A stretch of DNA of 64,000 bases, taken from the NCBI GenBank assembly GCA_964187785.1, contig OZ076409.1, forward strand, positions 38,566,001-38,630,000, written 5' to 3'. This document shows, piece by piece, positions 34,230 to 48,728 of the stretch. The position numbers and the translations under genes are program-made. This DNA is from Amphiscolops sp. MND2022 (taxonomy: Eukaryota). The notes below the pieces were generated by a model. It ran no database searches. It saw only the letters and a list, made by a program, of their open reading frames with translations, and was not told where the DNA came from. The first letter of the stretch is position 1, and each line of letters starts with the position of its first letter.

Positions 34230-37200
34230 GACGTAGCACGGTGACAATGGTTCTCAATTATTCCACAGATCAACCCACCAAAAACCAAAACAACGTTCAC
34301 AAAACGAGCACTCTAAAGAACACCCTACAACCTCAAACATCTTGTTTGCTCCCCAACCACAAACATTCCAACCACCCAACATGCTTCCGATGCACTAACA
34401 AACAACATGTACATTTTGAGGACTTATTCATAAACAACATCAAACTCTATCCTCACCTCACAGAGATACAAAAAAGAAACTACTTTCTGTCACTCTTAAG
34501 AGCAAATGTATCCAAGCGTACTGCAACATTGAAGACGTCAAAAACGACAACTTAGAAGCAATAATTACTTTGTTTAATCGTCGATTCGGAGACTTTCAGC
34601 CCTCCGCCAAAGCACGATGTGAGTGGGACGCTCTGCATTTTGACCCTCAGAACAAAAGCTCCACGAAATCCTAGACACGTTGAAAATAACCGGGAAAGAA
34701 GTTTCTGGCTGAGAAGCCCAAATAGTTATCCACGCAAAAATGCCGGATCACGTTTAAAAGGTCCTCAACACAGGGCCTACCTTGAGGACAAACCTTAGAA
34801 TGACATCGTCTTGCACTTGGAAAGGGAAATGCGACTCAACGGACAAGGAGCGCCGGACGAAACCACAGTAGCACCACTCAACTTTGTTGACGTAGAACCT
34901 GCAGATCAAGAAAAAGAGACCAATCAACGGGGTTACTATTTCCAATGTGGCGGATATGGCCACTCCAAAGCTCAATGCTGTAAGCTAAGAAAACGTCGAT
35001 ACCAGGAATCTAAAGTGAAATCTGGAGAAACAAACTCCACAGATCCACCAAAAACTAAAATGTGACACTTGCGGAAAAATGAAATAAAACTGAAAACTAC
35101 TGGGACGGAGCAAACGCGGCAAACAACACCTGGAAAAAAAAGAAGAGAGAGTTCGCCATTCCGACCAAAAAAATATCCGAACATCCACTCCAAGCGCGGT
35201 CACTCAGCCAGAAAACTAAACTCTCCGCGCCTTCGTTTTGGGGAAAAGGTACACACGAGGGCGTACACAATGAATGATTCCCCATCACACTACGGAGAGG
35301 ACACCATTACAGAATGCAACGAGGAACCAACGCAAGACTGCTGGAACGTTGGCATGATCATACGCCATAATGCACGTCACCAGGACGAACCTAAACCACT
35401 CCCCACTTGGATAATAGACTCACTTGACAATTACGCTACCGTGAAACGTCCTTACCAGAAACCAAAACCGATAGAATTTACGTAAACGACACGGAATGTG
35501 TCGCTGTGACCCATGGGACGAACGAGACATTTATGACACAAACTTATTGTCCTTTAGAATGCACGTCCAAAACCCACCGAAAACAGACGATGACATTCGC
35601 AATTACTCGAACAACTATCACCAATCCTAGAGAAAATATCACCTACCCCAGTAGTGCCCGTAACAGTAACGTCCACACCAATAGATGCAGATGATATCAT
35701 TTGTATCGAAGACAAAACGATTTGGTCACGAAAATCAAAGAACCAAATGGTGGATACCCCTCCTAATCCACCACCTCTACAAACTGCACCTATGACGCAA
35801 ATCCTCACTAACAACGAGGACACAACGGACTGTCCAGCGCCCTCACCATAAGACCTCGATGTCATCAGAGATTTCATCCAACACGACAAAGACAACAATT
35901 ACAATCTGTTGAAGTCTGCGATAGCTCTACAGAAGAAGAAAAGAATGCTCTTCCTACACATAGAGTTCAACAAGGTCAAGATCGAAGCCCTAGTAGACTC
36001 AGGTGCGTACATCAACGCTATTAGCGAAAGGGATGCGGAAAAAATCTTGCATGAAGCAAATCAGTGCATCATCAAAAATGCGCCACCTCCCCCTTTCAAA
36101 ATCCAATCTGCTAACGCGGAATCAGAGCAACCTCTTACAACGTAGACAAGGCGATTCAAAATAGATGATTACACCTTTGAAGACACGTTCATCATAATGA
36201 CCCAAACATCGTTCCCCATATTAGGATTAGCGTTTCTACGGAATCACTCCGCAATGCTCGAAACTGCCCAAGGAACGATTGACTTTCCCAAGATACCGAT
36301 TACAATGGCACTAACAGATGAAATCCAAAAACGTAACCCAAAACCTAAAACAATCAAAACAGAGAGCAAGCGTACTATACCCGCACAATCCACCCGAGTC
36401 ATACACGCGTCAATATCTGTGAGCAATGACCACCCAATAACTGGGACAGTGCAGCCTCTGCCACAGTTCGACGAATGTGCAAAACTCATTGTAGCTCTGG
36501 AAATAACGACAGCAAGAGATAAGCGAGTAACCATCAAAATCGCCAATGCCACGGATTTCGCCTATACAATATCTCCAAACACAAAACTGGCCGAAATACA
36601 AATACTGAAACCCGAAGAAACAAAATCAATTAGTCCGATCGTTATAGCAGCACTGAACCCATTAACAGATCACGACGATGGAGTCTCGTACATCAACGCA
36701 TTAATGCAAGTGAAACGACCCGACGACAATGAAGACAAATTCTTGTTTCCAACTCCAGCAAACCCGGGCAATAAAGCAGAACACTACCCGATTTAGAAAC
36801 GATTCCTCAAAGAACTACGGGACCTAGCCGAACTACAAAAACTAGCCCCAAAGGAGATTGAAGTATCAAGAACGAAAATTTTTTGATGTTCATACGGACT
36901 GGTTCACTAATCACGGGAGAAGATCGGAAGAACCTAGAATCCACAATAGTCAAATTCAACGACATCTTTGCAAGACATAGGCTCCACATAGGAATAAACA
37001 CCCAATTCAAAGTCAGCCTAACCCCCAAAGATGACAAACCCGTCTACATACAAAACCTACCAGTCCCGATCAATCTCAAGGAAGATCTGAGAGTAGAATT
37101 AGCACTAATGCACAGTTACGGAATCATCACGACACTACCGTTCACCAAAAACGCAAGTCCCTGTCTTCGCACAACGGGAACCCATCAGCAAGCTGCGACT

Positions 37201-37775
37201 TCTGGTGGATTTACGCAAGATCAACGCACTCAACGCAGACGACTATATTAGCAACCACCATCCTATTGGCACCCTTTCAGATGCAGCACAACACCTAGCT
37301 GGCGGAAAACTGTTTTGCAAACTCAACTGCTCTCAAGCCTACCACTCTCTACAGATGGCATATCAAAGGTCAGTAGATCTACTTGCTTTTAACTTTGCTA
37401 GGAAAACGTTTGCATTCTGAAGACTTGCCCAAGGACTCAGTAGGGCTTGGTCTGCATTCTCGAGTTTCATGCGAGAAGACTTGGACACAGTCATCAAAGC
37501 TGACCAGTGCGCCAATATGTAAACGACATTGGGATTGCGGCAAACAACCTAACAATTGATCAAAAATTTCTGATCAGTCTTCAAATGCATCAGAAAAGCA
37601 GGATGGAAACTGGCCATTGAGAAGTGTCACTTCGGAGTAACCCAAGTTGAATTTCTTGGCCAAACCATCACCCCTGACGGAGTACCGCAGCAAGATCACA
37701 AAGTCAAAACAATCTTGGTCAACGTTCGTTTCCCGAAATCAAGGAAGCAAGTACAAAAATACATCGACTTTATTT
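34230..37775 (+). pseudogene. Degraded Ty3/Gypsy gag-protease-RT remnant
   Basis: Knuckle QCGGYGHSKAQC, ALVDSGA protease, DLRKINAL and SQAYH RT motifs. Many stops, and no LTR pair found. Confidence 0.85.
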
Positions 37776-39088
37776 GAGCATACGCCACATTGTATCAGAA
37801 TGATAAAGCAACTCCCCCAGACATCTTGTTTAAAGTACTACTTAGGACTGTATAGTTGGTAACAGCATTTTCAGGCACTTCTTTTTTTGTTTCCTTCGAG
37901 AAAACCACGTCTGGTTTTTATTTTTCTAGATACGCAACTACTGTAAGTTTGCAGTGATTGCTTTTGCTGCAAATACTGATCTGTAACAATGATATTCTTC
38001 TTCCAGAATCCATTGCGACATCCATTCAGATTTTCCACAGTAAGCACTCTAGCATCGTATACAACTTGCTTTTGTTTAATGTAAATCGGACAGTCAAGGG
38101 ATTCAGCGTCATGTGTCCTTTTACAGTTTATGGACTTACTTTCTGATTTCTTGTTTCTGAGTTTTCAATTTTTTGCTCTTCGCTACAGTGAATACAGGTT
38201 GTTTTTGTATTTCAGTTTTCAACATTTTGAAAAATGAAGCAACGAATGATTCTGGATAAATTTATATGTATGGTAGCAAAGGGAGTCAATGAAAATTCCC
38301 TCCAAGTTTGCATTAGCGTATTGTAACGAAGACTCGAATGTCAGCTCCGCTGTCTGTAGAATCTTACCATTGGCTTTTACTAAACGTTTAAAATAAATCC
38401 CAGGATGCTTAGTCTGAAGTATTTCCCTGACATGGACTTCTTTATTGTCAATCAGCACACCTTTTATTACAGCGCTTTTCTGCAACCGTCTAGAACTAGC
38501 TCCTCGAATGTTGGTTTCCGGTCCAAGCTAATCCAATTTTCAAATTGAGATGACCTCATCAGCCACTTGAGAAGTCGCAAACTCCAAGTGAATGTTCACT
38601 CGCACAGCATTGAAAGCTATACCTAATGTTTTCATCGGTAAGACTCTAGAAAAAGTTCTTTCTATTGTATACTGTCTCGATAGTTTTGATTGTTACTGAC
38701 AATGAAAATGGTGTTCAAGTCTCTCTTCTACTTTAGGGGTTCCCACTCTGTTTGAGTTGTAGAGGGTATATGCCTCGAAGCACTTTTTTTCTGCAAATAA
38801 ATTTCTGGGGGGATTTGAGAATTTTACAGTTTGAGTTACCAATGCGCTCCTGAATACTTCGCTAGTACTGTCAAGTCTTTCACTTCAATGCCTCCACATG
38901 TTCCATGCCACCACTCCAAACATCGGTTGCAGTTGTTTGAGTTGTTTTTCTTTTCAGCTACGTTATTTTTGCACTGCAGCTTTCATCGTCCGAAGTAGAT
39001 TGATTTTAACTGCGTGTGCCAGTCATTTTTTGATTCAATCAAGCCGTTCACACGCCCCGCCGCTCCAAACCTTTAAAGGCTCATGTAG

Positions 39089-42000
39089 TTACCCAGTTAA
39101 AGATTCCTGTTTTGCCTTTTTCTTTCTCGTTCCAGTGGAAGTAGATCGTTTCTTCGACTTTCGTGTTTTAGTGTAAAAACAATTTTGAATGACAATTCTC
39201 CGCAATTTTTTGCTGCGCTGTAAAACTTTGTGTAGGAAAGTTAGTCTGAGGCGGACGTTAGGATGAACTAGTGCAAGTTGCGCTCGTATCCAGGGGTTAT
39301 TCTTCTTCGTGTGAGATAGAAGGTGTTTGTCGGCCCGGATTATAAAGATATCTGTAGTTAGCAGTTGGTTGAAGAAAGCCGCAGTCTCGAGTCTTCTGCA
39401 GTAAAAGACTGCCCTTATTCGGTCTGGCCTTTATTCGGTTTGCTGATGCAATGCAGTAACTAGTTGTTGTGCAGTCCAGGGTTTATTGTTGTTGCTTGAA
39501 TGTGCAGATAAAGTGTTAATGTTCAACTCGTGCCAGATGATCAGTATTATGGGGATCTCTGAAGTTGTCGTGAAGGCATCTTGAGTTAAAAAATTTTGTG
39601 GCGGAATGTTAGATTCAACTGAAAGGATTTTTGGTGATATAGTTACAGGTATTTAATGAGTTTAGCAGGTATATCACATAATAAACTCATGCGGAGTTTG
39701 AGTTTATGAAGACATAATGGTCTTCAGCGACCTTCAACACCATTGCTCGATGAAGGCAGTTGTGGGTGTAATTACTGTCAGACGATGAAGGCACAGTCAA
39801 TAGAGGCCAGTAGTGGGCAGCCAGAGGACTGTCTTGAGGATAGAGACGGTTCTGCCTAGCCATCTGTCGTGCTAGGGCAGCAGGGGAGATTGAATGCTGA
39901 AGATGGTTGACGAACACTGTGCCTAGCCTGTCGTGCTAGGGCAGTGATTGAGAGGGCGGCGCTGCTAAAGATGAAGAGGGTTTGGTAAACATTAACAAAA
40001 GACACCATTCATTGAAGCACCATGAGCAGACGATAAATGATAAAGGTAAAAGACATGGAATAAACAGAGGTAATGGAAAAATGTTGTGAGGGTGGATGAC
40101 TAAGATTGGCAGACGAGTTGGTTTCGGAATTGCATTAAGGCATGCTTGGATAGTTTGTAGGTGAAGATGTCGGCCACGTTTTCAGCCCTTGGGGTGTATT
40201 CCAGTTGAAATTTCTTTGCTTCGATGAGGTCACGGGTGAAATGATTCTTGGGCTGCTTGTGAGAGACTGGATTGTTGGCCAGGGCGGTTGTTCCTTGGTT
40301 GTCACCGTAAACAAGAGTAGACTTCGTAACCATCTGCGAACAAGAGATGAAAGCCAGCAGCCCCTGTATGAATATAGCTTCGTGTGGCAAAAGCTAAAGC
40401 TAAATACTCGGCTTCACAAGAACTAAGTGCAACACAAGCTTGTTTCTTAGAAGCCCATGACACCACACTACTATCCCGATTCACCTAAAAAGCAAAAACA
40501 AGAAGTAGAAGAGTCAGAATATCCGAAGAGCTCGAATACTGCACCCCTGTTAAAGACTAAAGTGATTTTAGTAGACTCCTTTAGGTAGCAAAGTAAACGC
40601 TTAAGTGCCACCCAATGTTCCTTGCCTGGATTAAGGACAAACTGTGCTAAGGTATACACTGCAAAGCAAATATCAGGCCTACTAACAACCGAAAGATACA
40701 TCAAGTTACCAACTAGGCTGTCATAGGGTTTTTTTAATCTTGCCATTTTTGGTGTCTCGCTCAATCCATCCTCAGGACAATGTTTTTTGATTGCTTAGTG
40801 CCTGGTCCTGCGGTTGTTGATGTCCGCTTGCACTCATGTACCCTTCTGCTAAGATATCCAAGACATACGCTCTTTGACTAAGTTCTATGCATCCTGTCGG
40901 CTGACTCATGTTACAACCATGACCCCAAGTCTTAAGACCCCTGTCCTCAATGCTAATGTCCCGTTGAAGGTCGTTTTTGAAAGAAAGGCCAGTTTTTTTC
41001 ATTTGAAAAGTACTAGATTTCATCCACCCAAATATGTACAAACACGTTTCAGTTCCCCTTGCTTAGGCGGTAAAGGCAGTTTAGCATTAGTTCAAAACAA
41101 AGTTGTTGGCTGGCGGTTCCACTCCCAGCTAGCTTGTTTTAAGCCGTAAAGACATTTTCGAAACTTCCAATAGAGCATTTCGCCGTTTTCCCCCGTTTGA
41201 ATAAATCGCTCCGTTTGCTTTGTATTTAAGTAGACGGAACAAACATCATATTGGCAAACAAAAGCCCCATTTGTGCTTCTAAAGATTGAAAAAGTGTCAA
41301 TAATGTGAGATTTGCTGTGAGCAAATGTTTCACTATTGTCAGATCCAAAAACTTGCGAAAACTCGCGAGCTGCAAATCGAGCCTTGAGTTTTTAAATTGA
41401 ACATTCATCTTTTTTTTCTACTTTAAAAACCCACCGACCACCGATAGGCATTTTGCGTTCAAGTAACTCCGACAAAATCCATGCTTTGTTTTTCAAAAGC
41501 GCCAAAAACTCTTTTCCAAGTGGTTACCCTTGCCATTCCTCTTTTTCAGGAGAAGACTTTGACTCATTAAAAGTCAGGTTATCTGCAATGTCTTCAGACA
41601 GAAGAAAATCTTCTACAACATCAGTGTGAACGTAATTTTGGAGTCAGAGAGGTGGCTTAAGCGGACGGGGCCACTGCGAGAGCAGGGAAAACATTGATTT
41701 TCAGAAGAGGCAGTTTGTGAAACAGTGTTTTGCTCGAAACTTTTGGCACCGTTTTTGGCATCGTTTTGGTCGGAATTTTCAAAGTGTTTTTGGCTAGAAG
41801 ACACTGAGTAAGGTTCTTACATTTCGAAGTCCTTCTGACTGAAAGGCTCGAAAGATGGAGTCAAGTTTTCGTTAGATTCGTTCTCAGTAGAAGACATGTT
41901 TTTGTCACGAAATCTTTCACTTCGACCTTCGATTGAAACGTTTTCGTTTGAAGAACTCTCTTTGTGAAGAGGATTTTGCAAAAACTAGTGTTCATTGAAA

Positions 42001-44197
42001 GACGCCTTTCGAGAAGCTGAGGTTTTGCCTGTTTTTGGATCGAAGAGAGTGTTGGCTTTTGACATAGGCGCTCAACCAACCAAAAGTTTTCTTGTGACTT
42101 CTGGTGAGTGCTTATATTGGTGCGTTTCGATAAGTTTGTATGCCCCACATCACAAAAACATTAAATAGATCCGGTTTTTTGCCTAAAAAATCTTTCAAAA
42201 GGCGTTTTCCCTTTGACGAGCTTGATTTCAAACAGCGATTGGTAATATAAAAAGCAGTATCCGAAGCCATTACATAAAATCCGTTTTCAAGGTTTTAACT
42301 TTTGAGCGGGCACAGCGTCATCTCGAAAGTAGTGCGGCAACGACGTTCACAAGCACCATTTTGATGACGCAAATATGGAGCAGTGAGCTTTCTTTTTTCC
42401 CCTTTTTGATGCGAAAATCAGAGGAAGTTTTAGCAGTGTACTCTGTACCGTTGTCTATACGGAGTGTTTTTGGTGTCCCCAGTTGAGTGCAAACACTTCA
42501 AACTTTTCCAAACATTGGCTTTTGGACCTCATAAAACAGACCGTACCAAAACGACTAAAACTCTCAACAAAAAAATAGCAAAACATTGACCGCCCAGGAA
42601 AGTTGTGGGCATCGGCCCCAAAATATCAGACAAAACTTGCTCAAGTTTTTCAGACTTTCGAGGCTGCGGATTGTTGGATACAGAAAATTTGTGGAACTTG
42701 GAATTTTGACGAATACCACACACACACATGGTTTTTCGAAACTTGAACCTTTGAAAGTCATCCTCAGAACACAAGATGAAGGTCGCTCAACATCACCCAT
42801 GTTGTTATGACCAAGGCGTTGATGCCACAAAAAACTGTTCGTATTCCCCTCCGAAGTACTACAGAACTCAAGAAGTTTAGCTCTCAAAAGATAGAGCTTT
42901 TCACTTTTGATAATCGGAAACGTTGTTCCATTGGGAGCTACAATTTGTGGAATCTTTTCCGTTTGTGGAATCTTTCGTTTGCAAACTTGGCAGTCACTTT
43001 GTTTGTACACTTTCCAAAAATATTTTCACCTGAAAATTTTTTACCAAATGTTTTGCTTTTGGTTTGCCACCTTTGGAAAACAATGCGACATTTTCAGATG
43101 TACTGGATATCGAAGCCTCAGAACAATTTCTTGAGTTTTCGAAATTGTTCAACGCCTTTTTAACTTCTGCGAACGTCGCTTATCCTTCGAAAAGTCGTGC
43201 ACAGTTTTGAAATAGTCCGATTCTTGCGGTGAACCCTTTAATGCGATGAACGCTTACAAATTTGCTAACTTTCTTTCCGGCTAATTCTAACTGCGTACTA
43301 ACTAACTCTGCTCGCGTCAGGCAGTCAACCAGCTCTCGCTCGGCTCCAGTCGCAGAGTGAGGAACTTTCAAACAAGTTCATCAGGCGGGGGGCGTCTTCG
43401 TACTGTTGAAAAGGTTGCGCAGCATCTGTCACGCCTTCTGTCCGTCGCCCTTGCAGTCGTTGGTCAGCATCAGCACGCTCGGCGATCTAGACACTGCACG
43501 AGAGAGAGAGAGCCAGAGTTGGTACTACCATTTTACGCTTTTCACTGTCAGTTCAATTGTCCATCCCTAACAACTCACAAGGAAAGACCGAATCAGGCGC
43601 GAAGTAACTAAACAAAAATTTAGAACGGCAGAAAGATTGAAAATGTTTAGCTGTGGGCGTTAGGCCTGCGTATAAGTGCAAAAATTGGCCGGCAAAGAAA
43701 TTTCTCGAGCTCAGTTGTAGAAATGGCAAAGACGGAAAATGTGATTTTTCCAGAAAGCGAAAGTAAGATATGGTGAAGAAAAAAGTGGAAAAAAAATTTC
43801 TTGCAAACTCAATGAGTACTGGGTAACCCATAACCTAATATGGGGATCTCTGATGTCGAGTCGTCGTGAAGATATCGTGAGTTGAAAAATTTATCGACGG
43901 AATGATAGATTCAAATGAAATGATTTTTGTAGCATAGAGATAGGTTTTTAAGAAACTCAGCAGGTATATTAAATAATAAGATCAAGTGGAGTTTGAGTTA
44001 TTGATGACGTAATGGTCTTCAGTGACCTCTAACAATCAGGTTATGTTTATAATTCAAGTTTCCTCGAGATAAATTAAGATTTCCTGAGAAACTGAGTGCT
44101 GGTATGTGCGTAACAGAGTTTCGAATTGTTTTCTGAAACTGGAGGTAGTTGATTCAAGAGTCGCCTGAAGTGAGCTACCTCCAATAATGTAATTCAT
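39089..44197 (-). pseudogene. SGNH-like ORF split by Copia 1 (pieces 44197-44035 and 39544-39089)
   Basis: MNYIIGGSSL...KHNL/IIWHELNINTLSAHSSNN...RIRAVFYCRR...LVHP aligns with the ORF at 49465-50082. Confidence 0.75.
39545..44034 (-). mobile_element. Ty1/Copia LTR retrotransposon 1, heavily degraded
   Basis: ~195-bp diverged LTRs at 39545-39739 and 43836-44034, TSD ATCAG, PBS ggttatggg. LWHQRLGH, YGLKQA, RPDI and SSCEAEY motifs. Confidence 0.9.
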
Positions 44198-44387
44198 AGG
44201 AATTATACAACAAGGGTAGGGAGGAAACAAATTGGATCAAACTAACAGATTGATTTCGCCGAATGGTTCCCCCGTTTTAGAACCAGTTCCTAGAACACCA
44301 ATTTGTAAAATCGAGTCTGCAGAAGTCATCAATTCAAAAAGAAAAACCATAGGACCAAAAATGTAGGAATGATGCAAAGAATAAAAC

Positions 44388-44570
44388 GTGCCTCGGATAT
44401 GTCTCCATTTCCTCTAATTCTCCGCGGACCCTTGGAGTTGCTCATGTTCCCAACTTGCTTAGCGAGGTCGCGCAGGAGCAAAGACTTAGCGGGAACGGAG
44501 ATCGCGAAGCAATCGTAGTGGGAGCTTGTCTTTGCGCCGATGAGGCAGGGTTTGCAAGTTCAAAAGCAAT
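44388..44570 (-). repeat. Dispersed GC-rich repeat, with other copies at ~45080-45265 and 48668-48728/62306-62430
   Basis: Shared ctacgattgcttcgc(g)atctccgttccc...ggtctttgctcctgttcgacctcgcttagcaa core. Confidence 0.7.
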
Positions 44571-44925
44571 TACTAGCATGCAATTGCGATTAATTGCGAC
44601 TTTGAGGCATACAATTTCAAACAGCAATCATCGAAAACAATGAGAGCTATTAGCTATTAGTGCGACATTTTGTGCGAGGTTGCAGTTTTCCAGGGTTCTT
44701 CCTCAACAAAAGCAATTATGGCTATCACCTTGAATTACAACCAAATAATTTTCAAAAAATTAATGTCATTTATTAATTTTATTTATTTTCGAAGCATTTA
44801 TTCACACTGAGTGTACTTATGTTTTTCCTTTCTATTTTTTTTTAGTACGAGATATCTCACAAGCTGCTTTTTTTCCAGATTTATTGTCAAATTCCGATAT
44901 TTTGATAGGAACAATTGCAATTATG

Positions 44926-45469
44926 GGATGCCACGAAACAGGTCGATAAAATTCTGGTCGAAAAAGGTCGAAAGGAACTCAGGTCGAAATTGAAAACACT
45001 AGGATCGGATCGAGTAAATCAGTTCGAACCTCCACTTTTTTCGTGAAGCAATCGAATTTGCAGGCACTTCTCCTCATCTAATATGGGGTCATATACGGTG
45101 TATGCACGCTCGCCCTCACCGTCGCAAAGACCAGCCCCCACTACGATTGCTTCGCAATCTCCGTTCCCGCTAGGTCTTTGCTCCTGTTCGACCTCGCTTA
45201 GCAAAATGGGATTATAGGCGGCACCAAGGGGCCGCGGGGCACTAGAGGAAATGGGGGCATATCATGATTAAAATATTATTAATTAAGTTTCGTTTTGCGA
45301 GATTTTAGCTTTTTTCGATCGGATTCATCAAATTTTGTTTCGATTGGTTGCATACTTTTCCGTTTTATTGATCAAAATTTTTTGATTGGATGACTTCGAT
45401 CAGATTCCTTCAACCGCAATTTGTCGATCGTTTTCGACTGGTTTTTTTGCGACCTGTTTCAGGTCACCC
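44926..45469. mobile_element. Mutator-like MITE
   Basis: 9-bp TSD GCAATTATG (44917-44925, 45470-45478) and imperfect TIRs GGATG.../...CACCC with ggtcga repeats. Confidence 0.7.
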
Positions 45470-45999
45470 GCAATTATGAACATATAAAATTGTGCAGATG
45501 CGTGCATACACCGGATATGCCCCACATTTCAGTTTTAGTTCTTATTCCATTTAATGATCCAGTTCGTATAAAAAACTCTACAAACTGGACCTAATTCGTT
45601 CCACCTATTAGGTGCGAAAAGCCAACAGATGATCTACAGATCCTCCGAAAGCCTTGATCGATCCAACGTGAGCGATGTCAGCACGTCTAGAATGCCTCTT
45701 CTTGTGACGTCAGCAACTTCTAGAATGCCTCTCCCAGTAGCGTATATTAATTGAATCAATCAAACGTCTCTGAAACTATTCAACATCACTACAATTAGGC
45801 TGTAAACAACAAATACAAATGAAACAGCTCAATCTTTCGGACTCGTGGGAATTTTATTTTTTCGGACTTCTGAGTAGCAATCTTATCATAGAGGACCAGA
45901 AATAAAGACCCAAAGTTGAAAGAGTTCGTCAATGTCATACTTTTTGACAGGAAAAAGATAAAATTTGCCTCTGAAAATCGAATGGCAATAGGCCTTGCT

Positions 46000-48520
46000 T
46001 CACCTAACATTTCAAATTTCACTGAATGTTTTTCTGCTCATGTTTGCGAACTCAGAATTCAGGTTACAGTCTTTGGGAAGCAAACAACCATCGACGTTTG
46101 TTAATGTCTCTTTTAATAACCCCCTCCCTCAAACCAGTAACGACCTCACAAGTCCTGCTGAACCCCGAGCCAGCGACTTTTGGGCCACCCTCACCGACGA
46201 GACTCTCCAAACATTGACCGATCTTTACAACGAGGCCGCTCATTGAAAACCCCGCTTCTTCACAGTGAGCAAGAACAAAACGGGGCATAAGTTTGTAGAG
46301 ACTCTCTCCGTGATCTTCGACCAGGTCGTGATCGGCGGTCGAAACGCCAAAGTGGCTCTCACAGCAGCGATGTTGATGCCTCACCTAATCTTAGCCCGAA
46401 CGAAAACTGACACTGACACCTCCAACAACAAAACTATAACCAGGAGGCTCAACTCATGGCTGCAAGGTGACATCAAAAGTCTGTTCTCCGAGGCCAAGGC
46501 ACTTCAAACCCGTCTCCCAAATGTCGAGCCAAAACTCGAGATGAGTTCAGAGAATTTGATTTACACATGTCATCGGGAATGATATCGAATGCTCTTAGGT
46601 GCCTTGACGACCAACAAAAAGGTAATGTTTGTCAGTCACGTATCGCATCGACGGAAAAACGGTACTCCAAATACTCCGCGAAAAACACCCAAAACCAAAA
46701 GCAGCCCCGATGCCTACAAACTGACTGAAGCAAATGACAACACGCTACCCTTCCATTCATCTGTTTTTGACCGAATAACTCCTGCCGCAGTCCGTAAGGC
46801 CGCTCTGAGAACAAACGGCATTCATGGGCCGTCAGGGCTGGACACCGACGAGTGGCGCAGACTCCTTACCAATTTCGATCAATCGTCAGGCAACCTGTGC
46901 AGAACCATAGCTGAATTCGCAAGAAAACTTGCTACAGTGTCAGTTACTTCAGAACCCCTACAACGCCTGTCGCATGATTCCTTTGGACAAGCAGCCGGGA
47001 GTCCGACCCATTGGTGTCGGTGAAGAGCTGAGGCGAATCAAAACCCGCGTCATACTGAAATGTTAATCCAACGATGACCAATTACTCGGAGGCAATAGCC
47101 AGCTTTGCCTAAGACAGAAAGTAGGCATTGAACACGCGATTCACTCTCTCAGAGCAAAGTTTGAAGACACTGTCAACGAGGCGATCTTGCTAATCGATGC
47201 ATAAATGCATTCAACAGTCTTAATTGAGATCTCGCACTTCTCAATACTGCCGTAATATGCCCCTTCCTAGCAACAGCCCTGAAAAACTCGTACTCCAGCC
47301 CATCCACAAATCCTAATCCGAGTTCAAAGACAAGAAGACAGAAAACTTCACCAAGCTTGTCGAAAAACTCTCGCACGCAAAAATCTCCCCACAGAGGGTT
47401 TACCACGCCTACACCGGAGGAGTTCAGACTAAGCTCTCCTTCCTGTCGCGAACGACATCCGACTTCCAACCAGCCTTAGAAAAAACAGAAGGCATTGTGT
47501 CATCCAGCCTCATTACATCCATAACCGGACGAAAAGTAACAGACCAGCAAAGAATGCTTTTTTTCACTACCTCTGAAGCATAGCGGTCTGAATATCATCA
47601 TGCCAAAAGACTGCGAAATTGACTTATGTCAATCGCAAGAACTCAGCGAATGTCTGGAGGAAAATGATCATGTGAAAGCTGATAGACTCCAGAGCGAAGC
47701 CCTGACCAGACACCGAAAAAGAAGGAAAGACAACATAGAAAGGACGATGGAAGAATTACGTTAAACCCTGACGGACGACGAGAGGTACGTCATGGCCCTC
47801 GCATCCGAAAAACGAGCCTCAAATTGGCTTGCTGCACTCCCCCTCCAACGGTACGGCTTTAACCTCACGAAAGCAGAATTCAAGGATGGCCCGGCATTGA
47901 GGTATGGATGGCAGTCCAAAAACCGTCTTCCCGTCTGTCCATGTGGAGAGCCCTTCACAGTCGCCTATTCACTACACTATGCCAAGGGAGGGTATACCGA
48001 CATTCGTCACAATGAGATCCGGACACCTTTGCAAAGATCATGAAAAAAGTCTGCTGCGATGTCGAGCTCGAACCGAAGCTTCAGCTGTTACAAGGCCAGT
48101 CCTTCGACAAAAAAACAACGACTGATGACGAGGTCCGACTTGACATCGAAGCCAACGGACTGTGGTCAACGGAGACCAGATTCAGTAGGACAAATTTCGA
48201 TGTGAAAATTTTCAACCCGCTAGCAAAATCGTTTCCCAAAAGCATCCCAGACGCCTACAGCTACCACGGAACGCTTAAGAAAAGCAAATATGAACAACGC
48301 ATCTGTTATGTCGAAAACAGTTCTTCCAACCCGCTAGTCTTTACCTGCACCAGAGGCGCCGGTCCATCAGCATCCAAAGTGATGTCTCGCCTCGCAGCTA
48401 AGATAAGCGAAAAGAGCCTCGAAAGCTACGCAGACCATGAATTACATCAGAACTAAGGTCAGCTTCGCGTTGCTTCGAAGCCCCATTCTCTGCCTGCGCG
48501 GATGCCGGGCTCTACTCCTT
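46000..48520 (+). mobile_element. Degraded CRE-like non-LTR retrotransposon (RT plus restriction-like endonuclease), RT core deleted
   Basis: GPSGLD, RPIGVGE, WLAALPL...LRYGW, CPCG...RHNE, RLDI...FDV...NP and PLVF motifs. Confidence 0.8.
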
Positions 48521-48728
48521 TGGAGTGTACGCCTTTGATCTAATTGCTTGGGTCTAATGGAATTAGATCTAACTGTTAGGTCTAACTTTCAGATCTAAAG
48601 TTATCTAAAATACTTAGGTCTAAACCCTTCATGATCTAATATGTGTTCTGAAAGCGAAAATATAATGTGGGGCATATGCGATGTATGTATGCACGCTCGC
48701 CCTCACCGTCGCAAAGAGCAGCTCCGAC

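Larger units (their letters stand above)
37776..44200 (-). mobile_element. 5' part of an I/Jockey-group LINE: SGNH-like ORF, zinc-knuckle ORF1 and start of the APE endonuclease, interrupted by Copia 1
   Basis: SAVIKGV ORF1 region, NCKRTHDAESLDCPIY knuckle, and ISLLQ...KPDVVFSKETK endonuclease start near 38020-37890. Confidence 0.7.
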
